A DNA stretch of 64,000 bases from an uncultured delta proteobacterium (GCA_963745035.1 CAVUVW010000014.1:448001-512000), one strand, 5' to 3'; shown: positions 10,466 through 22,860, counted from the stretch's first letter. The notes: a model not told the origin generated them from the sequence alone. Made by a program: numbers and translations.

Positions 10466-12335
10466 GGGTTTCGCCCTCGGCGCGGACCTCGCGCTTTTCC
10501 ACCGGCGGATTGTGCCGCGCGATGAATTTTTCGAAAACCTGCTTCGCCATCGGCGCGGCGGCTTCGCCGCCATGCCCGCCGTGCTCGACCAGAACGGCGA
10601 CCGCGACCTGCGGATTTTCTACCGGCGCGTAGGAGACGAACCAGGCGTGATCGCGATTGAAGTAACTTAATTGTTCGCTTTTGAGGTAGGCGCCCTTCAT
10701 TTCGATGACCTGGGCCGTGCCGGTCTTGCCGGCGACCTGAATGACGGGCGATCGCGCGGCGCCGCCGGTGCCGCCGGGTCCATGGACCACGTCGGCCAGA
10801 GCTTTTTGCACGCGGTTGATGGTATCCGGTTTCAGCGCGATCGTGCGAATCAAGTGCGGCCCGTATTCGCGTACCGCGGCGCCGTCCAACGACTCCACTT
10901 TGCGCACCAGATAAGGACGGAAGAGCTTGCCGCCGTTGCCCACCGCGGCCATCATGTTGGCAAGCTGCAGCGGTGTCACCGTCACGTAGCCCTGGCCGAT
11001 GGCGACCGAAATAGTTTCTCCGGGGAACCACGGTTGGCGAAATCGCTTCCGCTTCCACTCGGTATCGGGGATGATCCCGCTCTTTTCATCGTCGAGGGCA
11101 ACGCCGGTTTTCTCTCCCAGGCCGAAAGCGCGCGCCCATTTGGCGATCCGATCGACGCCGAGCTTCGCTCCGAGCTGATAAAAATACGTGTCGCAAGAGA
11201 CGACGATCGCTTTGTGCAAATTGACCGCGCCATGGCCGCCCTTTTTCCAGTCGCGAAAATTGCGGTTGCCGAAGGGAAAAAAGCCGGGGTCCTGAATCGA
11301 GCTTTCCGGATTGACCGCGCCTTCCTCGAGCGCGGCGATCGCCATGATAACCTTGAACGTCGAGCCCGGCGGGTACTGTCCCTGGGTGGCGCGATTGCTG
11401 AGCGGGCGGAGCTGATCTTTGATCAGACCGCTCCACTCCTCCGACTTGATGCCGCGCGCGAAGACGTTGGGATCAAACGCCGGCGTGCTGGCGAGCGCGA
11501 GGATCGCGCCGTCTTTGATATCGAGCGCGACGATGGTGCCTTGCTTGCCTTTGAGCGCCTCGTAAGCGGCGGCCTGAAGCTCCCGGTCCAAAGTGAGATG
11601 AACGGTGTAGCCGGGAACATCGGTGACTTCATGGAGCACGCGTACGCGCCGGCCGAGCGCGTCGACCTCGACTTGCTGGCCGCCGCTCTGGCCGCGCAGC
11701 AACTCTTCCCAGCGCCGCTCCAAACCGTACTGGCCGATCTCGTCGCCGACGACATAGCCCTTTTCCCTAAGAACGCTCAACTGCTTCTGATTGATCTCTC
11801 CCAGATAGCCGAGAACATGCGCCGCCATGGGCCCGTCGGCATAGCTGCGCCGCGGGCGCACGCGCAGGCTTACGCCCGGCAGCTCGAGTTGGTGCGTCTC
11901 CACCCCGACCACCGTCGGCCAGTCGACGTCGCGCCCCAGCACCATCTCGTCGAAAGCCGCGCGCGTTTTGCCTTCTTCAAAGATGGTGAGAAGCTCTTTC
12001 TCGTCGCGGTTGAGATAGCGCGCCAACAAGCGCAGCGTGGTGCGCGGGTCCTTGGAATCTTCCGGAACAAAAATGAGATCGAAGGAAGGCCGGCTGTCGA
12101 CGAGAAGCTCGCCGTGGCGGTCGTAAATCATGCCGCGCGTCCCGGCCACGCGCTTGATGCGCACCCGGTTGTTCTCCGAGAGAAACGTGTAGCGCTCGCC
12201 GGCGAGCACTTGCAGAAACGCCAGGCGCGTCACCAGCCCGAGGAACGCGACGGCGAGAATAACGTACACCCACCGGGCGCGCCGGCGCAGCTCCGGAGCG
12301 CCGTCTTGTTTATTGATTTCCGCCAGTGCAGCCAT
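10455..12335 (-). CDS. mrdA: Penicillin-binding protein 2
   Basis: PGSTFK (SxxK), SCD, KTGT; lies between mreD and rodA. Confidence 0.96.
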   Translation of the reverse strand: MAALAEINKQDGAPELRRRARWVYVILAVAFLGLVTRLAFLQVLAGERYTFLSENNRVRIKRVAGTRGMIYDRHGELLVDSRPSFDLIFVPEDSKDPRTTLRLLARYLNRDEKELLTIFEEGKTRAAFDEMVLGRDVDWPTVVGVETHQLELPGVSLRVRPRRSYADGPMAAHVLGYLGEINQKQLSVLREKGYVVGDEIGQYGLERRWEELLRGQSGGQQVEVDALGRRVRVLHEVTDVPGYTVHLTLDRELQAAAYEALKGKQGTIVALDIKDGAILALASTPAFDPNVFARGIKSEEWSGLIKDQLRPLSNRATQGQYPPGSTFKVIMAIAALEEGAVNPESSIQDPGFFPFGNRNFRDWKKGGHGAVNLHKAIVVSCDTYFYQLGAKLGVDRIAKWARAFGLGEKTGVALDDEKSGIIPDTEWKRKRFRQPWFPGETISVAIGQGYVTVTPLQLANMMAAVGNGGKLFRPYLVRKVESLDGAAVREYGPHLIRTIALKPDTINRVQKALADVVHGPGGTGGAARSPVIQVAGKTGTAQVIEMKGAYLKSEQLSYFNRDHAWFVSYAPVENPQVAVAVLVEHGGHGGEAAAPMAKQVFEKFIARHNPPVEKREVRAEGETRAN

Positions 12336-12340
12336 CGTGT

Positions 12341-12844
12341 TCAGGTCACGGCGCCAAATTTCTTGAAATAGCTTTCACTGCGCCGCAGCAGGGCAAATAC
12401 CACGGGCGCCAGCGCCGCCGCCGTCAACGCTTCCAAGATTATAGTCCGCGCCGCGCCGAACCAAAAGCCTTCCGCGTTGAGAAACACCGTCCAGAGCAGC
12501 GCCAGGGCAGCGCCTTTCACCAGCGCGGCGAACAGCACGATCAGCGAGCTCACCACCGGATGGTGCAGCCAGATCGAGCGCGAGCTGAAATAGACCGCCA
12601 AAAACACCAGGGTCATGGCGAAGGCGTTGAGCCCCAACAGGCGACTCGAGACCACGTCGATCGAATAGCCGAGCACGAAGGAACCGAGCGCGGCGCCCAC
12701 CGTCGGATGGTGCAGGCCGAGATAGACGCAGAGCACCAAAACGAGATCCGGTACAACCGGGCTGAACGGCAGCACGTGCAGAAGCGTCGATTGCAGCAGG
12801 ATGAGAAAGATCCCGACCACAAAATACAAGAGGAAAAGCCTCAT
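12341..12844 (-). CDS. mreD: Rod shape-determining protein MreD
   Basis: Hydrophobic, PDLVLV motif, operon position. Confidence 0.88.
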   Translation of the reverse strand: MRLFLLYFVVGIFLILLQSTLLHVLPFSPVVPDLVLVLCVYLGLHHPTVGAALGSFVLGYSIDVVSSRLLGLNAFAMTLVFLAVYFSSRSIWLHHPVVSSLIVLFAALVKGAALALLWTVFLNAEGFWFGAARTIILEALTAAALAPVVFALLRRSESYFKKFGAVT

Positions 12845-12872
12845 GGGAAAAATCGCCGGTGGCCGCTTGAGC

Positions 12873-13707
12873 TCACTTCTTTTCCGCGTCCCCGCCGACG
12901 GCGACAATCTGCACTTCTTCGACGCGCGCCGGTTGCACCGCGGGAAGAACTTCGACGAATTGAAACAGGCCGATGTGCTGCTTCATGACCTTGATCACCG
13001 TGCCGACCATCATGCCTTTGGGAAACACGCCGTCGGTGCCGGAGGTGAGCAGACGATCGCCCTCTTGAATGTCTTCGCTGCGCTTGACGTACTTGAGCAC
13101 CGTGCCGTTCTCCAGCGAGCCGGAAACGATGCCGCGCGCGCGGGTGCGCTGCACCAGCACGTCGATGCCGCTGTTAGGATCGGTCAGCAGCAAGACCTTC
13201 GCTGTGCGCGGTGTTACCGCGACCACCTGCCCGACTACACCCAGCGGCGTCACCACGGCCATGCCTTTGCGCACGCCGTCGGCGCTGCCCTTGTCGAGCA
13301 GACAGCTTTGAAACCAGCTGGTCGCGCTGTTGCGCGATGATCGACGCGGTGACCGCTTTGCCGGGCAGCGCGGCGCGAAAATCGAGCAGCTGCTTCAGCC
13401 GGTCGTTGGTCGCCTGGGCCTCCAGCAGCTTCTGCCTTTCGACTTCGAGATCTTCGATGCGCCTTCTCAGCCGCTCGTTTTCGGCGCGGAATCCGGCCAG
13501 GGTGTCGTAGTTTTCCCGCAGTCCGCCGATCCAGTTGACGGTTCCCTGCGCGGCGATTTGCAGCGGGCGGAGAATCCACATGAGCACCGCGCTCAAAGGC
13601 TCGTTTTTGAGCTGGCCGCGCGAGGCCGCCGTGAGAATATAGACCGACAGGAAAAGAAAGAAGCAGCAGCTTAGCGGAACTTGATTCTTGCGCAGAAAAG
13701 CGAGCAT
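12873..13707 (-). CDS. mreC: Rod shape-determining protein MreC; apparent 1-nt frameshift near 13333
   Basis: N-terminal TM and coiled coil (ORF 13174..13707) joins DKGSADGVRKGMAVV...TSGTDGVFPKG (ORF 12873..13274). Confidence 0.92.
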
Positions 13708-13755
13708 GGAAGGCTCGATGGCCGCCAGCCACCGGGATAAATGCGGACTGCCGGC

Positions 13756-14826
<1,071 letters not shown>

Positions 14827-14986
14827 TTAAGCAACGAGAAAGTAACAGATTTGGGTAAAGCAAGCAAGAAAACGAATTTTTTCGCGAAAATCCGTTCTAA
14901 TATGTCAACCTCAGTTGCATTGGCGGCGGTCATTTTCTATCATATCTGCGACTTTTTGACCGCGTTTTTCCGCGAGGTGGCGTTCA

Positions 14987-16895
14987 ATGCTCGATTTTTT
15001 GCGCAAGCGTAAGAGAAATTGGGTCATCATTCTATTTCTTGGCGCGATTATCGTCAGTTTTTCCTTGTTTGTCGGCACCGGCGACTTCGGTGAACGCTCG
15101 GGCGCGGCGGTAGCCGAAGTCAACGGCGAACCGATCAGCCAACGCGAGTTCGCTTTACAATACGACCGCGAGGTGCAGCGCTATCGCGAGCTCCTGAAGG
15201 GCTCGTTGACCCCGGACATGGTCAAGGGCCTCAACATCAAAGGCAATTTGGTCGAAACGCTGATCCAGAAGCAACTCGTGCTGCAGGAAGCGCGCAACCT
15301 GGGGCTTGTGGCGACCGACGACGAGCTCGCCGACTTCATCGCCAAAGTGCCGGAGTTTCAAATCGCCGGCCGCTTCAGTAAAGAGCGCTATCTCCAGGTT
15401 CTCCAGGCCAATCGCCTGGCGCCCGCTCAATTCGAAGAAGAACAGCGCGAACAGTTGACGATTCAGCGCCTCTACAGCGTCATTCTCGATGCGGTTCATG
15501 TGACCGACGCCGAGGCGCGCGAACGCTACCGGATCGAGCAGGAAAGGATCAATTTGCATTTCATCAAGCTGCCGATCGGCGATTTTACCGCCCAGGTAAA
15601 GCTCACCGAAGACGATATCAAAAAGCACTACGAGCGGAACAAGGAAGCACTCAAAGAACCTTTGAAGATTCAGGTCGAGTATCTTTCCTACCCCTACGAT
15701 CAGTTCGCTTCGTCGGCGGAGGTGAGCGAAAAGGAAATCGAGGAGTATTACAAAACCAACTCGGCGCAGTTTCATCGACCCAAAGAAGCCAAGGTGCGCT
15801 ATATCTCGATCGGCGTGGCGCCGGGCGCGAGCGCGGAGCAGAAAAACCGAGAGAGAGCGCGCGCCGAGACCATCGTCAAGGACGCGCGGGCGGGCAAAGA
15901 TTTCGCGCAGCTGGCGAAGCGAGAATCCAACGACTCGAGCGCCGCCAAAGGCGGCGATATCGGTTGGATCGCGGCCGGCCAAATGCCGCCGCCCATCGAA
16001 ACGGCAATTTTCAGTTTGGCGAAGGGAGCGGTCAGTGACCCGGTGGAAACACCGGCCGGCTTTCAAATCTTCAAAGTCGAGGACCTGAAAGAGGAAAAAA
16101 CCCTGAGCCTCAAGGAAGCGCACGCCGAGATCGTAAAAATCCTGCGGACCGACAAAGCAAAGCGGGAAGCGGCCAAGATCGCCGACGCCGATCGCGAAAA
16201 GGCTCTTTCCGGCGCCGATTTTGCCAAACTCTCCGGCGACCGACGCGTCAATTTAAAAGTAACCGACTGGTTTGCCCAAGGGGAAATCCTCCCCGAGATC
16301 GGCGAGAATCAGGAGTTTTACAAGAACGCCTTTGCGCTCGGCCGCCAACGCCACGAGTCCCATCGTCGAAGGAAGGGAAGCCTATTATCTTTTACGGCTT
16401 AAGCAACGCAGGGAAGCCGCGGTTCCGCCGCTGGACGGCGTAAAGAGCAGGATCGAGAGCGGGCTCCGTGAGTCCAAGGCTTATGAGTTGGCGCTGCAGC
16501 GCGGCAATAGCCTTCTCGACCAACTCAAAAAGGGCAAAGACGTCGAAAAAGTGGCCCAGGCCAACAGCGTGAAACTCGAAGAGACCGGCTGGTTTGCGCG
16601 CAGCGCGCCGCAGTTGCCGAAAATCGGCGAACTCGCGGAGATCAAGGGAGGACCGCTCACGCTCTCGGAACAAAAACCCTTTCCCGACAGGCTCTACACG
16701 CAGAAAGACGCTCTCTACGTGCTCGCGTTCAAGGGAAGCCAGGGCGCTGACATGGAGCAGTTCGAAAAGGAGAAAGAAATCATCAAGAAACAGGCGCTCG
16801 CCGAGAGCCGCCAGCGCGCGTTGATCAAATTCATGGAGGGACTGAAAACCAAAGCCAAGATCGAGCTGAACACCGCCTTCATCGAGGAAGGATAA
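14987..16895 (+). CDS. ppiD: PpiD/SurA-like periplasmic peptidyl-prolyl isomerase; apparent frameshift near 16343
   Basis: N-terminal TM, SurA_N-like region, parvulin motif FAQLAKRESND..GGDIGW; continues in ORF 16272..16895. Confidence 0.85.
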
Positions 16896-16977
16896 AGCGA
16901 GACGAATGAAACCGCCGCGCTGACCGAGCGTGGCGCCGCCTGACGACCTTCTTGATCCTGCCACCGGGAATTTGATC

Positions 16978-17604
16978 GTGCAAATCGTTTTAGTGCGCCA
17001 CGGCGCCACCGACTGGAACCTGCAGGGCCGCTGCCAGGGCTCGTCGGATCGCGAGCTGAGCGAAGCCGGCATGCGCCAGGCCGAGCAAATCTCGGCGCTC
17101 TTGAGCGCGGAACAATTTCACGCCGTCTATTCCAGCACTCTCCGCCGCGCGCGCCAGACCGCCGAGCTCATCAGCCGGCCGCACGATCTGCCGGTGCTGA
17201 TCGAAGAAGGCCTGCGCGAGCTCGACCATGGCGAGCTCGAAGGACTCACTTTCAATGAAATAAAAACCCGGTACGGCGAATTTCTCACCCGCTGGCGCAG
17301 CGAACCGGCCGATATTTGTGTGCCCGGCGGGGAGCGGCTGGCCGACGTGGCCGCGCGTGCGTGGAACAGCTTGAACGAGATCATGCGGCGCCATCCGGAC
17401 GCGCAACGCGTTCTGGTCGTGAGCCACAACTTTCCGATCCTCGGCATCGTTTGCCGAATCAGTGGAACTCATCTGAACGATTACCGGACTTTTCACCTCG
17501 ACCCCTGCGGCGTCACGCGCCTCGGCTACGACCGGGAGCAAGGTTGGCGCATCACCCAGGTCAACGGCCGGGAATATGCTTGCGCACCGGCCATCTCAAG
17601 TTAA
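16978..17604 (+). CDS. Histidine phosphatase family protein (CobC/GpmB-like)
   Basis: LVRHGAT, SSTLRRARQTA, LRELDHG, VVSH. Confidence 0.9.
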   Translation: MQIVLVRHGATDWNLQGRCQGSSDRELSEAGMRQAEQISALLSAEQFHAVYSSTLRRARQTAELISRPHDLPVLIEEGLRELDHGELEGLTFNEIKTRYGEFLTRWRSEPADICVPGGERLADVAARAWNSLNEIMRRHPDAQRVLVVSHNFPILGIVCRISGTHLNDYRTFHLDPCGVTRLGYDREQGWRITQVNGREYACAPAISS

Positions 17605-19163
17605 GATTTTCCCGGAGGACCGCCCGGGTGATTTCTCGCCGCCAGCGCGATTCCCATAAACAGCATCGTTAAAAGCAAATAGCCGAGAAAAAACTCCGGC
17701 GCCGCCATCACGCCGAAGCGGCTGGCAATGCCTCCCGGTGTGAGCTCGTAGGCGTGAATGATGCCGAAAGTCGAGAGCAGCGCGGCCGCCAGCGCCCAAG
17801 CGGCGGCGCGAGCAAATTTCTTCTCGATCAACGCGACGCCGATGGCGGCTAGAATCATCGAGGTGAAAATGAAGCCGCGCTCCAGGGAGATCATACCGTG
17901 CATCGCCAGGCTTTCTTGATTGAACTTCGCCAGGCCGACTTGATAGAGCGATGTTCCGGCGGCGCGTAGTCCGGTCTCGACCATCAGCAATCCCCACCCT
18001 GCGAGCGCCGGCACGATGCCCAACGCCACTGCGGGCGCGTGCTCTTTCGGCGTTTCCTGAAACGACTGGGCGACAATGATAATGCCGATGTAAAGCAGTA
18101 TTCCTACCCCTGCTTCCAGCGGGATAATACCCAGCACCGACTGAATCGTGCCGGTCAGGCAAAGGAAGCTGATGAAGATCCCGTTCAAAGCGGAGTAGCC
18201 GGAGCGCGCGCCGAGCCTTTTCCAGCCGGGATGGCCGATGTAGATCGTCGTCGGAAATACGCTGCCGAACAACGCCGCGACCACCGAACCGATGCCGTTG
18301 GCCATGAGCGAGGGAAAAGTCTTGAAGCGGTCGCCTGCGGCCTCCGCGCTCTCGATGTTTTGCAGCGAGCCGACGACGTTAAAAATCCCCATCGGTAAAA
18401 TCACCGAAAAATAATTCAGAAACCCCGGATGAGTCAACGCTTCCCAGAGCGACCCGCCCGTGAAGGCGGGCAGGGACAACTCAGCCTTCGTGACGACCGT
18501 TTTGCCGTCCATCGCGCCAAGCAGCCAGCCCAACAACGTGCCGATCGCGATGGCAACCATGCCGCCGGGCAAACCCAACGGCAATTTTTGCTGGGAGAAG
18601 TAGGCGACGAAAATCACCGCCATGGGCACCAAGGCGACCAGCGGCTGGGCGAAAATCTTGAACGTGAAATCCATGGAAATGAACGTGATCGCGATGCCAG
18701 CCAAAGCCGACAGGAGAGCCGCGCGCGGCGTTACGCGCCGCACCGCTTCGGCGATGAATGCTCCAACGATTTCGATGACGCCGTTCAAGAAACAAGCGAC
18801 CAGCCCGACCTTCCAAGCCCACACCGGATCTTTGGTCTCTTGCACGATCGGCAGCATGATAAAGAAAACAAAGGCGAAGAGGCTAACCGTATTGATACCG
18901 TAAGGCAGCGCGGTCACATCCTCGCGCCCGGTTTGCCGCGCCAATTGGCGCGCCTGCCAGGCATAAAAAAAATTGCCGACGAGAATCGACATCGCCGCGC
19001 CCGGCAGAATCTTGCCGAAGATAAGATCGTCCGGCAGGCGGATCAGATCACGGCACAAGGTCACGATCAGAATGAGCTGAATCAAGTTGTCGATCATCAG
19101 GCCGAAGAAGCCGTCGAGATCCTTACGCACAAACCAGGATGGACGAAATGCTGTTTGGCTCAT
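17601..19163 (-). CDS. NCS2/AzgA-like nucleobase permease
   Basis: Many TM; DLDGFFGL, TALPYGIN, ESAEAAGD, PTTIYIGHPGWK. Confidence 0.8.
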   Translation of the reverse strand: MSQTAFRPSWFVRKDLDGFFGLMIDNLIQLILIVTLCRDLIRLPDDLIFGKILPGAAMSILVGNFFYAWQARQLARQTGREDVTALPYGINTVSLFAFVFFIMLPIVQETKDPVWAWKVGLVACFLNGVIEIVGAFIAEAVRRVTPRAALLSALAGIAITFISMDFTFKIFAQPLVALVPMAVIFVAYFSQQKLPLGLPGGMVAIAIGTLLGWLLGAMDGKTVVTKAELSLPAFTGGSLWEALTHPGFLNYFSVILPMGIFNVVGSLQNIESAEAAGDRFKTFPSLMANGIGSVVAALFGSVFPTTIYIGHPGWKRLGARSGYSALNGIFISFLCLTGTIQSVLGIIPLEAGVGILLYIGIIIVAQSFQETPKEHAPAVALGIVPALAGWGLLMVETGLRAAGTSLYQVGLAKFNQESLAMHGMISLERGFIFTSMILAAIGVALIEKKFARAAAWALAAALLSTFGIIHAYELTPGGIASRFGVMAAPEFFLGYLLLTMLFMGIALAARNHPGGPPGKS

Positions 19164-19304
19164 GTACGGCGCCGCTCCCCAATAAAATTTTCGCGACTGT
19201 AGCCGCAGCCGCTCTTTTCTGTCAAATAACGCTGTTCCAGCCGAAACGTTGGTGGCCAGCCGGAGAGCACAGCGACAAGATGTCCCGGGGTAGACTCCGC
19301 TGAG

Positions 19305-19856
19305 TCACCGTCGCGGGATGCGCCACCGGTCGATCATCCGAGTAAGTCGCTCGATATTTCCGCCCGGCTCGGCGTGAAGAATGAGAACTTCATCCGACAT
19401 CGCGGCGATGAGCTCATTGCGCTGGCGTGAAGACTTTCGGGTTGGGCTGCGCGGGAGGTCATCGAACGGCGATATGAGCAGCAACCGCCCCTCTTTCAGC
19501 GGCGGCCGCCAGCTCGATGGAATTCGACTTGTTTTCAGGCTTCGCGCCAAGCCGATCACCGACGGCACGTGATCGCCCAGCAAGATTCTTAGACATTCTT
19601 TCTCTACCGGAGAATGAAAACCGCTGACGACAGCTGCGCCCTGATCACGCAGCGCGCGCATAGCGCTGTCCGCCTCGCCGAGAGTATGGCTGGGGCAATG
19701 AACAGAGCAAAATAAGCCGACTTTGTGAAGCGCAAGGATATCCTGGTTTCCAATCGCCCAAAGCTCAGCGGGAGCCGTTGCCTCGAGTCGCTCATTGAGA
19801 TGCCGCGGCCAAGATGCATGCGACGGGGTCAGCGTTACGACTTCGAGAGTTTCCAT
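19305..19856 (-). CDS. Short DprA/SMF-like (SLOG fold) protein
   Basis: LWAIGN..L, VVSGFHSPVEKE, RNELIAAMSD..LILHAEPGG. Confidence 0.65.
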   Translation of the reverse strand: METLEVVTLTPSHASWPRHLNERLEATAPAELWAIGNQDILALHKVGLFCSVHCPSHTLGEADSAMRALRDQGAAVVSGFHSPVEKECLRILLGDHVPSVIGLARSLKTSRIPSSWRPPLKEGRLLLISPFDDLPRSPTRKSSRQRNELIAAMSDEVLILHAEPGGNIERLTRMIDRWRIPRR

Positions 19857-19989
19857 TGCGGCAAGCTCGCGCCGGCGCGATTTGGCCGACTCTAGCGGCG
19901 GCCGATCTTTTCTGTCAAATCAGCTGCGCCGAATCATAACTTGCAACCGTCATGGCGGGACGATAAAACTTTAAGTGCGAAGGCTCCTC

Positions 19990-20676
19990 ATGCTGCTTTA
20001 CAAACGACTCGGCGGAATGAATTTCGCTGCGGCGCTCGCTGTCCAGGAAGAGTTGGTTGCACGCAAGCAACGCGAGCCTTCGTCCGATATCTTGCTCTTT
20101 GTCGAACATCCGCACGTCTATACGCTCGGCCGTGGCGGCGACGAAGCGAATGTTCTGGCGCCGCAAGGCGTACCGGTTTATCGCACCAGCCGCGGCGGCG
20201 ACGTGACGTATCACGGACCGGGACAACTGGTCGTCTATCCAATCATCGATTTGCGCTCCAAGCTGCGCAAAGACGTCCATCGGTATGTGAGGAATCTCGA
20301 ATTATCGGCGATTCGGACATTGAAGGACTTCGGCCTATTAGCAACCCGCCGCCCGCCATTCACTGGAATTTGGATCGGCGATAAAAAAATCGCCGCCATC
20401 GGCATCGCCGTGCGCCGCTGCATCACCTTTCACGGTCTGGCGCTGAACGTCAATCCGGATTTGAACTACTTCAAGCGTATCGTCCCCTGCGGCCTCAGCT
20501 GGGCCGACGTAACGTCGATGCAAAAAGAACTGGGCGGCGACCAGAATCTCGCCAAAGTGAGAAACCGATTTGTCCGCAATTTTGCCGACGCCTTCGGTTA
20601 TTATGATGTTAGAGAATGGACCGAGCGGACCGGCGACTTGAACGATTTGAACGGCTTGAACGATTTGAACCTGTGA
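19990..20676 (+). CDS. lipB: Octanoyltransferase LipB
   Basis: EHPHVYTLG, RGGDVTYHGPGQ, KIAAIG, HGLALN, IVPCG. Confidence 0.96.
   Translation: MLLYKRLGGMNFAAALAVQEELVARKQREPSSDILLFVEHPHVYTLGRGGDEANVLAPQGVPVYRTSRGGDVTYHGPGQLVVYPIIDLRSKLRKDVHRYVRNLELSAIRTLKDFGLLATRRPPFTGIWIGDKKIAAIGIAVRRCITFHGLALNVNPDLNYFKRIVPCGLSWADVTSMQKELGGDQNLAKVRNRFVRNFADAFGYYDVREWTERTGDLNDLNGLNDLNL
20638..20670 (+). repeat. 9-bp tandem repeat TTGAACGNN x4
   Basis: TTGAAC at 20638, 20647, 20656 and 20665. Confidence 0.85.
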
Positions 20677-20681
20677 GTTTT

Positions 20682-21530
20682 ATGGGCCGAAGGCATCCCG
20701 ATTGGATCAAAGTCAAAGCGCCGGGAAATCCCAACTACCTGCGCCTCAAGCGCCTCATGCGCGAGAAAAACCTGCACACGGTTTGCGAGGAGGCGCGCTG
20801 CCCGAACATCGGCGAGTGCTGGGGCAACAAGACGGCGACGTTCTTGATTCTCGGCGACACCTGCACGCGCGGCTGTCGGTTCTGCGCCATCGACAAAGGC
20901 AAGCCGCTGGCCCTCGATCCCGAAGAACCGCGCAACGTCGCGCTGGTGGTCAAAGACCTCGGTCTGGACCACATCGTCGTTACCTCGGTGAACCGAGATG
21001 ACTTGCCCGACGGCGGCGCGGCGCATTTCGCCAAGACCGTTTTCTGGATCAAGACTCTCAATCCGCAAATCCGGGTAGAGCTTTTGATTCCGGACTTCGA
21101 AGGCAATCTTCACGCGCTCAAGACCGTGGTCGAATCCGGAATCGAAATTCTCAATCACAACATCGAGACCGTGCCGCGGCTCTACGGCAAAGTGCGTCCA
21201 GGACACACTTATGAATGCTCGTTGAGTATCTTGAAAGAAGCAAAAAAAGTCCGGGCAGAAGTGCTCACCAAGTCGGGCTTCATGCTCGGAGTCGGGGAAA
21301 CTTCCGACGAAGTCATGTCTACACTCCGTGATTTACGCGCGCACGATGTCGATATCGTCACCATCGGCCAGTATCTGCAACCATCCAATCGCCAACTCAA
21401 AGTCGAACGCTACGTCACGCCGGAAGAATTTCAGGAATTCAAGGCAGAAGCCGACAAACTCGGCTTCCGCCACGTCGAGTCCGGCCCGTTAGTGCGCAGT
21501 TCCTACCACGCCTGGAGCCATGTGAAGTAA
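20682..21530 (+). CDS. lipA: Lipoyl synthase
   Basis: CEEARCPNIGEC, CTRGCRFC radical SAM motif, RSSY. Confidence 0.97.
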   Translation: MGRRHPDWIKVKAPGNPNYLRLKRLMREKNLHTVCEEARCPNIGECWGNKTATFLILGDTCTRGCRFCAIDKGKPLALDPEEPRNVALVVKDLGLDHIVVTSVNRDDLPDGGAAHFAKTVFWIKTLNPQIRVELLIPDFEGNLHALKTVVESGIEILNHNIETVPRLYGKVRPGHTYECSLSILKEAKKVRAEVLTKSGFMLGVGETSDEVMSTLRDLRAHDVDIVTIGQYLQPSNRQLKVERYVTPEEFQEFKAEADKLGFRHVESGPLVRSSYHAWSHVK

Positions 21531-21675
21531 GAGACTGGAGTAGTCGGAATCGATGGAGTAATGGAGATGACGCATTGAGAACCTCAATACTCCCATACTC
21601 ACTGGATCAACTTGGTGACAAGGGTAATCGCCGCTTGACATCAGTGACACCGATTAGTTAGCGTTCGCGCAGCTT

Positions 21676-22860
21676 ATGTCGGGTCGCCCGTTTCTTCAGA
21701 TCCCTGGCCCGAGCATCGTGCCGGAGCGCGTTGTTCGGGCGATGTCCCAGCCGCTGATTGACCACCGCGGACCGCAATTTGCCGTGCTTCTCGGCGATGT
21801 GCTCGAAGGCCTCAAAAAGCTCTTCAAAACCGCTCAGGGCCAAATCCTCCTCTTCCCTGGCTCGGGCACCGGAGGTTGGGAGGCCTGCATCGTCAATACG
21901 CTTTCTCCCGGCGACCAAGTGCTGGGTTGTGTGAACGGCCACTTCAGCGATCTCTATTGCCGCACTGCCGCATCCCACGGCGTGAATGTTCAGAGGTTGG
22001 AAGTCGAATACGGCGCCGGTGTCCCGGCTGGCGCGATCGAGGAGCGTCTGCGTCTGGATAAAGAGCGCCAAATCAAGGCGGTGCTGATCGTTCAAACTGA
22101 AACATCGACGGGAGTTACGAGCAGCGTTGCAGCGGTTCGCCAGGCCATCGATGCGGCGGCCCACCCCGCCCTGCTGCTGGCCGACGTGGTTAGCTCGCTC
22201 GGATGCACGGAGTTGCGCTTCGATGAATGGCGACTTGACGTCGCCCTCACCGCGACGCAAAAAGGGCTCATGCTGCCGCCGGGCATGGCGCTTCTCGCCG
22301 TCAGCGAGAAAGCGCTTGTGGCGAACCGATCGGCCAAATGCGCGCGCTCGTTTTGGGACTGGCGAGCGGTTCTGGAAAGCAACACCAACGGCCACTTTCC
22401 ATACACCCCGGCAACCTCCTTGCTCCTCGGCTTAAGCGAAAGTCTCAAAATGCTCTTCGAAGAGGGGCTTGAAAACGTTTTCCGCCGCCACGCGCGGCTG
22501 GCCGAAGCCTGCCGCAGAGCCATCGAAGCGACGGGTCTTAAACTCTTCGCGCAAAATGCCGCGGAATATTCCAATACGTTGACCGCCGTCGCGATGCCTC
22601 AGGGGCTCGACTCCGATGCGTTCATCGATCACACGCTCAAACTCGTCGATCTTCCCCTCGGCAAGGGGCTCGGCAAAGTAAAGGGAAAACTTTTTCGCAT
22701 CGGCCATCTCGGCAGCCTCAATGAGCTTGAACTTTTGGGCATCCTGGCTGGCATTGAAATGGCGCTGAAGAGCTTCGGCGTGAAAATTCCGCTTGGGGCC
22801 GGACTCGCGGCAGCGGAGACCTACCTTCTGGAAAACGCAGTAAGACGATCGCCGTTATGA
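21676..22860 (+). CDS. Class V PLP aminotransferase (serine/alanine-glyoxylate type)
   Basis: IPGPS, SGTGGWEA, TETSTG, DVVSS, TQKGLMLPPG, FRIGHLG. Confidence 0.92.
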   Translation: MSGRPFLQIPGPSIVPERVVRAMSQPLIDHRGPQFAVLLGDVLEGLKKLFKTAQGQILLFPGSGTGGWEACIVNTLSPGDQVLGCVNGHFSDLYCRTAASHGVNVQRLEVEYGAGVPAGAIEERLRLDKERQIKAVLIVQTETSTGVTSSVAAVRQAIDAAAHPALLLADVVSSLGCTELRFDEWRLDVALTATQKGLMLPPGMALLAVSEKALVANRSAKCARSFWDWRAVLESNTNGHFPYTPATSLLLGLSESLKMLFEEGLENVFRRHARLAEACRRAIEATGLKLFAQNAAEYSNTLTAVAMPQGLDSDAFIDHTLKLVDLPLGKGLGKVKGKLFRIGHLGSLNELELLGILAGIEMALKSFGVKIPLGAGLAAAETYLLENAVRRSPL

